From an uncultured Oligoflexia bacterium (GTDB lineage Bacteria > Bdellovibrionota > UBA1018 > CAYHWW01), in the NCBI GenBank assembly GCA_964475985.1, contig CAYYYP010000014.1:5686-69685 (forward strand): a stretch of 64,000 nucleotides of DNA. The letters are read 5' to 3'. The notes beneath the pieces were generated by a model that had not been told where the DNA came from, did not search any database, and saw nothing but the letters and a program-made list of their open reading frames with translations. The translations under genes were made by a program, and so were the position numbers. Below, in pieces: positions 58,415 through 64,000 of the stretch; position 1 is the first letter of the stretch; each line of letters starts with the position of its first letter.

Positions 58415-60125
58415 CTCCAAGCAGGTTCACTCCACCTATTGCCGTATCACTCCCACGAAGGGAAAGGGCCGCTGAGATGAAAAGTGCTCCGGTAACATGG
58501 GCTCCGCTCAATCCGCGGTAACTACGCTCCACCTGGCGTCTAAGCAATTCCACTTCTTTGATTTTCACTTCAAATGCAAAATCATTGCTATTGAGTTTGC
58601 GAAACATCCAACGGATTTGCCGAGGTAAGGTTTGCACCAGCGCCGTGACATCGCGAAAAACCCAGGCCGTATCCTTACTTAAGCGCTGCATGGAATACCG
58701 GTCTTTCAGTGAGGTCTTCACTAAATCCTGCCCCAGTGCAAGAACATCGAAATCGGGATCTAACTGTTTGCCCAGCCCTTCGATAGTGAAGATGGCTTTA
58801 AATACGATCATCCATTCGCTTGGAATTTTAATATTGTATTGAACGGCGATGCGCGTGGCTTCAATGAGAATTTGCCCCACCTGCATATCGCTAAGCGAAA
58901 GCCCCATATAAGGGGACAAAGTATTTCGGACTTCGCTTTGGAATTTCTCAAAATCAATGCCCGCGCCGTAGGCCGAAAGATCGGCATATTCGTAACAAAG
59001 GCTTTCGTAATCCTCTGCCAACAGCGCCAGCATCATACGCATGAAAGTGTCCTTGGCCTTCTCGCTAAGGCGCCCCATGATACCAAAATCAATGACGCCC
59101 AAAATGCTTTCGCCCGTGAGGGGATCCTTCATGGCAAAAAGATTTCCACCGTGGAGATCACCGTGAAAAAAACCATCCACCAAAACCATTTTGAAAAACG
59201 CACGCCCCCCAACGTCTACGATTTCCTTAGGGTTGATGCCATTGGCCTGTAGCGCCGCCACATCGGTGATGCGTACGCCGCGAAGGCGTTCCTGGGTTAA
59301 AACTTTCTCCGTTGAATAGGCCTTATAAATTTTTGGGATTTTGATCCGCGGGTTATCTAAAAAATTATTCGCCACCTTGATAGCGGCACTCGCTTCGATG
59401 AAAAAATTAAGCTCAAAATTAAGAGTCCGAAAAAACTCTTCTACGATCTGTTTTGGACCTATGATCCTGGTCTCTGGGAGATATTTTTCCATGAGGCCCG
59501 CCAGCAGCGTTAAAATAGAGATATCGCTCTTAATCACGTTTTCGATATCCGGGCGCTGCACCTTCACTACCACTTCTTCTCCGGTGGCAAGCCTCGCTTC
59601 GTGAACCTGCCCAATGCTAGCCGATGCCAGCGGCGTTTCGTTGAACCATGGGAAATGATCCTGAACCTTGCCCCCCAGTTCTTTTTCGAGGACTTGGGCA
59701 ATGACGGAATATGGAAGGGGGCTCACATTGTCCTGAAGTTTTTTAAATTCTTCAATGTACTCATCGGGCAACATGTCGGGCCGATTTGAGAGAAGTTGAC
59801 CTAGTTTAACAAAGGTAGGACCTAACTCTTCAAATGCTGCGCGAAGCCTAATCGGGATGGTCAATACATCCGTGTGATCGCCGTGTCCCTCGGCAATGGG
59901 TAACAAATCACCATTGTGATCTAACCCATCACCGTTCGTGTCAATTACGACCGCTTGATCCAAATCCGAACGAACATCACTTGAGGGAATTGCGTACTTT
60001 TGTAAACCCATACGCACCAAGGTGGTCTGGAAACCGTGGCGCGCAAACACTCCAAGAATTTGCCGCAGTCGTGAAACATTTTTCACGGCCCGCGTCATCT
60101 GACGCCCGGCAGTGATGATCCTCAT
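58332..60125 (-). CDS. ubiB: UbiB/ABC1-family atypical kinase
   Basis: ABC1 motifs ASIGQVHEARLATGEEVVVKVQRP and HGDLHGGN, C-terminal TM helices. Confidence 0.8.
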   Translation of the reverse strand: MRIITAGRQMTRAVKNVSRLRQILGVFARHGFQTTLVRMGLQKYAIPSSDVRSDLDQAVVIDTNGDGLDHNGDLLPIAEGHGDHTDVLTIPIRLRAAFEELGPTFVKLGQLLSNRPDMLPDEYIEEFKKLQDNVSPLPYSVIAQVLEKELGGKVQDHFPWFNETPLASASIGQVHEARLATGEEVVVKVQRPDIENVIKSDISILTLLAGLMEKYLPETRIIGPKQIVEEFFRTLNFELNFFIEASAAIKVANNFLDNPRIKIPKIYKAYSTEKVLTQERLRGVRITDVAALQANGINPKEIVDVGGRAFFKMVLVDGFFHGDLHGGNLFAMKDPLTGESILGVIDFGIMGRLSEKAKDTFMRMMLALLAEDYESLCYEYADLSAYGAGIDFEKFQSEVRNTLSPYMGLSLSDMQVGQILIEATRIAVQYNIKIPSEWMIVFKAIFTIEGLGKQLDPDFDVLALGQDLVKTSLKDRYSMQRLSKDTAWVFRDVTALVQTLPRQIRWMFRKLNSNDFAFEVKIKEVELLRRQVERSYRGLSGAHVTGALFISAALSLRGSDTAIGGVNLLGVNYTLHGLLFLALALGGLLGLYFRRWK

Positions 60126-62686
60126 TTGGTTTTTCCTTTTTGCCGGCCCAACGTAAAGTCCACGAATCCCTGATCCAGATCACAGCGAAGCACGGTGACG
60201 GTGAGTTTATCGCCAAGTTTGAATTTTTTGCCGGTGCGTTTTCCAAAGAGCATGATTTTCTCTTCATCAAATTCATAATAATCACCGCCGATTTCGTCCA
60301 TGGGAACAAAGCCTTCCACAAACCAGCGATCAAGCTCTACAAAAATTCCGTTTTGATTGATGCTGGAAATTTTTCCACTCAACGTTTCACCGAGGAATTT
60401 CTCCATAAAGCGGGCCTTCTTAATTTTTTCTACGGTGGCAGCAATGCGGCCTGCCTTTCGTTCATAACTTGAGCAGTGCTCCGTGGCCGTGACTAAATAC
60501 TTTTTAAAGGCCCCGAGTTCGTCACCAACGAAGGGTTGCATTTTTGCGTAGCGCTTTAGAATTCGGTGAACCATTAAATCTGGATACCTTCGAATGGGCG
60601 AAGTGAAATGGGTGTAATTTTCGGAGGCCAATCCGAAGTGCCCAAGGTTTTCTATGTCGTAACGGGCCTGCTTCAAAGATCGCAAAAGAAGGTAACTCAA
60701 AACATTGGAAAGCGGGTGCGCCAATACGGAATGCATTACGGAAGAGATTTTTTTGGGATCACTGCCATCACCGAGGTCGAGCTTCAGGCCTAGGGCCATG
60801 GCAAAGCGTTGGAACTTTGCAAGCGCGTCGGGGTCAGGGTCTTCGTGAATGCGGTAAACAAAAGGCCAATTCTCACGTTCCATGAGTTCCGTCACAGTTT
60901 CATTGGCCACGATCATGAACTCCTCGATGAGACGATGGGCGTCCATGCGCTCAGCCTTAATGATGTCAATGGTCTCGCCCGTTTCATCCAGGATGACTTT
61001 CGCTTCCGGTAAATCTAAATCAAGACTTCCACGCTCGAATCGAAGTTTGCGCAGGATGCGGAAGAGCTCATAGGGCTCCACCCACTCTGGCGCGCCAGCA
61101 TCGAACTCTTTCTGGACATCTTCATAAATGCATCGTCGCTTGGATAAAATCACCGCTTCAAAGACCCGTGAGGATTTTTTGCGGCCCTCAAAATCAAAAT
61201 GCATCTCACAAACTAAAGTAAGCCGTTCTTCATTGGGCTTAAGACTACAAGAGCCGTTGGAAAGCGCTTCCGGAAGCATCGGTACCACGTAGTCCGGGAA
61301 GTACACACTGGTGGAGCGTTCATAGGCTTCCTGATCAAGCACGGAACCTTCCGGTACAAATTCCGAAACATCGGCGATGGCGACGTAAAGGATGAAACCA
61401 CTTCGGCTTTTTTCAACACAAACGGCGTCATCAAAATCCCTGGCGTCTTTACCGTCAATGGTGACAAACGGTTTGTCCCGCAAGTCGCGCCGGGAGTTTG
61501 GCTTGCCCAGGGAATTGAGTTGATCATTAATACTAGATAAACTTTTTTCATTGGCAATATTCTGGGCTTCTAAAGAAAATTCCTGGGGCCACTGCGCGCG
61601 GGTGACCACGGCAAGGGTATCAAATTTAGGCGAAAGTTTTGGCCCAAAGTTTTGCAGAATTTTTCCGCGTAGCCTTGGTTCATATTGGGTGATTTCCACC
61701 ATGACTTTATCGCCGTCTTTGTACTCTGAACTACCATGGGGTGAAATGCCGGGCGGTAAATCAATTTCCACAAGTTCAAGCATGGTTTTGTCGCGAAGTT
61801 CAACATAGGCCTTTTTCTTATGGGCGACGAATACGCCAACGAAATTTTTGATGCCTCGCCGAGTGACCTCAAGCTTTAAGACCTCTTGGTTTTTGGGATC
61901 TAGCCATACCTTTACGAAATCTCCAGTAACCAGTTGGGAAGCGAAATCCGCCGGAATAAATACATCGTCGGTTTTTGCTTGAAGTAGAAACGCGAAACCT
62001 TTTTTATTTTTCTGAACTTCACCTTCAATAATTTGCAGGGGAGCACGGCTGCCCGGTTGGACTTTATGCCCGCCCCGATCCTTTTTGGCATTCTTAGAAT
62101 GGTCTTTGCCCTTGTAAAAATCTTCACGCCGATCCAGGCGATTTTTCTTATCGTAGGTATTGTCGTGTTTTGCTTTGCCACGAGGTTTGTTTACCGACCA
62201 TTTGCCAGTACCCTGCAAAGAAGGGTCATCCGGGAGGGGAACCTTAAATTCCGGAACGGGAATTTTCTTACCCTTGTCTTTGCCTTTACCTTTTCCTTTA
62301 CCGTGTTTTTTGCCCTTTCGGGAATGCCGATCGGACTTATTGCTTCGGTAAGGATCGTTAGAGTGGAGCTCCTTTTCAAGTTCTTCATCTGCTTCGTCGT
62401 AGGCCGGGCGATAGGGGTCAAGCTTTCCTTCCTTAGAAGATACGCGCTCCAAAAATGCCTGGGGACCTTTTCCAGGTTTGGTTTTTGGCAGACCCTGAAA
62501 TTGTTCTTCGAAGGAATCTTTAGGTAATGCCTTTAAAATTTCTTTTTCGGCGGCGGCAGCTGCCCGATGAGTTTGGGATGAAGCCGTTACGCCAGGAATA
62601 ACCTTCTTAGGTGTGTTTGCCGGAAAGGTTGCAGGAGCGGCATTTTTCTTTTTGGTACGGGATTTTAAGTTCTTAGCCATCGCCAT
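60122..62686 (-). CDS. rnr: ribonuclease R (RNB family 3'-5' exoribonuclease) with Lys-rich N-terminal extension
   Basis: RNB motif HFTSPIRRYPDLMVHR, cold-shock/S1 domains. About 210 aa of basic low-complexity (GKGKGKGKDKGKK) at the N-terminus. Confidence 0.85.
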   Translation of the reverse strand: MAMAKNLKSRTKKKNAAPATFPANTPKKVIPGVTASSQTHRAAAAAEKEILKALPKDSFEEQFQGLPKTKPGKGPQAFLERVSSKEGKLDPYRPAYDEADEELEKELHSNDPYRSNKSDRHSRKGKKHGKGKGKGKDKGKKIPVPEFKVPLPDDPSLQGTGKWSVNKPRGKAKHDNTYDKKNRLDRREDFYKGKDHSKNAKKDRGGHKVQPGSRAPLQIIEGEVQKNKKGFAFLLQAKTDDVFIPADFASQLVTGDFVKVWLDPKNQEVLKLEVTRRGIKNFVGVFVAHKKKAYVELRDKTMLELVEIDLPPGISPHGSSEYKDGDKVMVEITQYEPRLRGKILQNFGPKLSPKFDTLAVVTRAQWPQEFSLEAQNIANEKSLSSINDQLNSLGKPNSRRDLRDKPFVTIDGKDARDFDDAVCVEKSRSGFILYVAIADVSEFVPEGSVLDQEAYERSTSVYFPDYVVPMLPEALSNGSCSLKPNEERLTLVCEMHFDFEGRKKSSRVFEAVILSKRRCIYEDVQKEFDAGAPEWVEPYELFRILRKLRFERGSLDLDLPEAKVILDETGETIDIIKAERMDAHRLIEEFMIVANETVTELMERENWPFVYRIHEDPDPDALAKFQRFAMALGLKLDLGDGSDPKKISSVMHSVLAHPLSNVLSYLLLRSLKQARYDIENLGHFGLASENYTHFTSPIRRYPDLMVHRILKRYAKMQPFVGDELGAFKKYLVTATEHCSSYERKAGRIAATVEKIKKARFMEKFLGETLSGKISSINQNGIFVELDRWFVEGFVPMDEIGGDYYEFDEEKIMLFGKRTGKKFKLGDKLTVTVLRCDLDQGFVDFTLGRQKGKTK

Positions 62687-62818
62687 TAGAGTCTACGGTT
62701 CGGAATTAGAATCGTCAAATTAAGCACCATCCCTCCAAGTAGTTTAAAACTACCCAATTTTTAGTGCCCATGTTAGTTTTCGGTTCATTGACATTTTGGG
62801 CCCGCAAGGCGGTACCAC

Positions 62819-62903
62819 GCGGCTGTGGTGGAATTGGTAGACACGCACGATTCAGGGTCGTGTACTTAACCGTGTGAGAGTTCGAGTCTCTCCAGCCGCA
62901 CCA
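62819..62903 (+). tRNA. tRNA-Leu (anticodon CAG), 85 nt with encoded CCA
   Basis: Acceptor stem GCGGCTG/CAGCCGC. D-arm GGAATTGGTAGAC. Anticodon loop aTTCAGGg. Long variable arm. T-arm GAGAGTTCGAGTCTCTC. Discriminator A plus CCA. Confidence 0.8.
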
Positions 62904-63213
62904 CTTGTCTTTTTCGCGCCTGGACGTCGCCGGATCTTATCGGCTCGCTTCACTACGCATTCTGCTCCGTGACAGTGCTGTTGCACTGGCGCACATTTCG
63001 GGCTCGTGCCCTCAATGCCGCGCTGGACAGAAGTCCAGCTTGTGCGCGCCTCTTCGACCGACTCGCCAGACGCGAAAAATCCTGCGTGGTGCCTTTTCAA
63101 TCAGGGATTCGTGATTGGGTTCGGGGGGATTCTCGGCGCTTCGCTGGAGAAGGGGGGAGCTTGGGGAGATTGGCCATTGAATGGTCTCGTTGAGCCTGCT
63201 TGCTCTATTCAGC

Positions 63214-63534
63214 TTAAAACTTAGATTTCTGTATTTTTGCCTTTTTTAAGCCCGCCCTGGGTGCAAGCCACTCTTGCATCAAAATCTTGATTTGAGTTTG
63301 ATAAGGGATGTTTACGAGAGCTGATTGGGCGCGAAATGCTTCGAGCAGAGGTTCTGGGATTTTTATGCTGATAAGGCGGCTTTTCACTTTTTTTTCTGTG
63401 AGATCCGGTTCTCCGTGAAGCCGTCGGAAACTTTCTAGAAAGTTGAGAATTTCTTCGGTGGAAATACTTTTGCAGTGCTCAAGGTATTCTTTGGAGAAGT
63501 ACTGAACGGGTCGGAGCTTCTTAGGAGCAGTCAT
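63214..63534 (-). CDS. BrnA/RHH-like small protein, putative antitoxin partner of the upstream nucleotidyltransferase
   Basis: C-terminal ISIKIPEPLLEAFRAQSALVNIPYQTQIKILMQEWL shares the I-I-hh-xx-hh-x-F+...IPYQ-x-hI motif with the 38316 BrnA-like protein. 4-bp overlap with the upstream gene. Confidence 0.4.
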   Translation of the reverse strand: MTAPKKLRPVQYFSKEYLEHCKSISTEEILNFLESFRRLHGEPDLTEKKVKSRLISIKIPEPLLEAFRAQSALVNIPYQTQIKILMQEWLAPRAGLKKAKIQKSKF

Positions 63535-63998
63535 TTCTTACTTAGCTCCTTCAACGCATTGATGTCTTGAATATCCTGGGGACGGCCGCTCGCGGTTTTC
63601 ATGAAAATGAGGTCTTTGATCGAAGCTACATTCAGAAACTCATCACCGAATTTAATTTTTGCGACCGTCATCTTGTTTAAATCATGAGTGAGAATGACGT
63701 CGACGATCTCCGATGGCCGTTGCGGATTAAAAAAATTCCATGCGATGAGGTTTTTATTTTGAATGTATTCCTCCCGGAAAAGAAATACTTCCTTCGCCGT
63801 CAAAGGAAGGCGCGACTCCAACCCTAATTCATGAAAAGCTTTTTCGGCGCCTAAGAAATCTTTTTGGGAAAGACGCAGGACGATGTCCACATCCAAAGTA
63901 CCACGCACGGCACCGTGCAGCGCGACGGCATAACCACCCACTAATGCGTAAGGAACTTTATATTTGTTAAGTATTTTTGCTAAACGAGGCAGAAACAT
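63531..63998 (-). CDS. minimal nucleotidyltransferase-fold protein (MNT-like), possibly complete at the window edge
   Basis: hG[GS]x9-13DhDh motif: LVGGYAVALHGAVRGTLDVDIVL. 155 aa. Translationally coupled to the downstream small RHH-like gene. Confidence 0.5.
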   Translation of the reverse strand: MFLPRLAKILNKYKVPYALVGGYAVALHGAVRGTLDVDIVLRLSQKDFLGAEKAFHELGLESRLPLTAKEVFLFREEYIQNKNLIAWNFFNPQRPSEIVDVILTHDLNKMTVAKIKFGDEFLNVASIKDLIFMKTASGRPQDIQDINALKELSKK

Positions 63999-64000
63999 GG

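Noticed and set aside
62905-63224. Three overlapping plus-strand ORFs (69-74 aa) in the spacer between the tRNA and the toxin-antitoxin-like pair.
   Set aside because: Mutually overlapping in different frames, GC-rich with Arg/Ala-rich translation typical of noise in GC-rich DNA, and no RBS.

Overview
This 64-kb window is a gene-dense bacterial chromosomal segment with roughly 50% GC, mostly housekeeping and cell-envelope genes. Identified blocks, in order: (1) an ABC ATPase / ABC-2 permease / GldG-like / DUF4340 transporter operon; (2) three prepilin-type (type IV pilin-like), cysteine-rich pseudopilin genes; (3) a KDO/LPS supercluster: kdsC, lptC/A-like, lptB, rpoN, rimK, then a lipoprotein, then kdsA, pyrG, kdsB; (4) a GGDEF diguanylate cyclase translationally coupled to a coiled-coil protein; (5) rsmE, an orphan family-5 SBP, a lytic transglycosylase, udk and RNase J, followed by two tandem ArnT/PMT-like GT-C glycosyltransferases; (6) a highly structured intergenic region with a ~34-bp perfect inverted repeat; (7) a THUMP RNA methyltransferase, an AAA/DUF4143 ATPase, a secreted HEAT-repeat protein and an orphan BrnA-like antitoxin; (8) rph, amiC-like amidase, nadC, birA, a RomR-like response regulator, hypotheticals, a GAF histidine kinase and a phnC-E-D transporter; (9) two tandem flagellin genes, a GNAT, a DAACS symporter, UbiB kinase and RNase R; (10) tRNA-Leu(CAG) followed by the start of a putative islet with a minimal-nucleotidyltransferase plus BrnA/RHH-like pair, cut by the window edge. 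Multiple flagellins, type IV pilins, RpoN and a RomR-like regulator are compatible with a Bdellovibrio-like deltaproteobacterium; this is low-confidence inference only. No CRISPR array, rRNA or clear transposase was seen. The candidates for novel biology are the large pseudopilin trio with a dockerin-like tail, the tandem GT-C glycosyltransferases in the lipid-A/KDO context, the structured inverted-repeat element, and the toxin-antitoxin-like modules (one orphan, one tRNA-adjacent).
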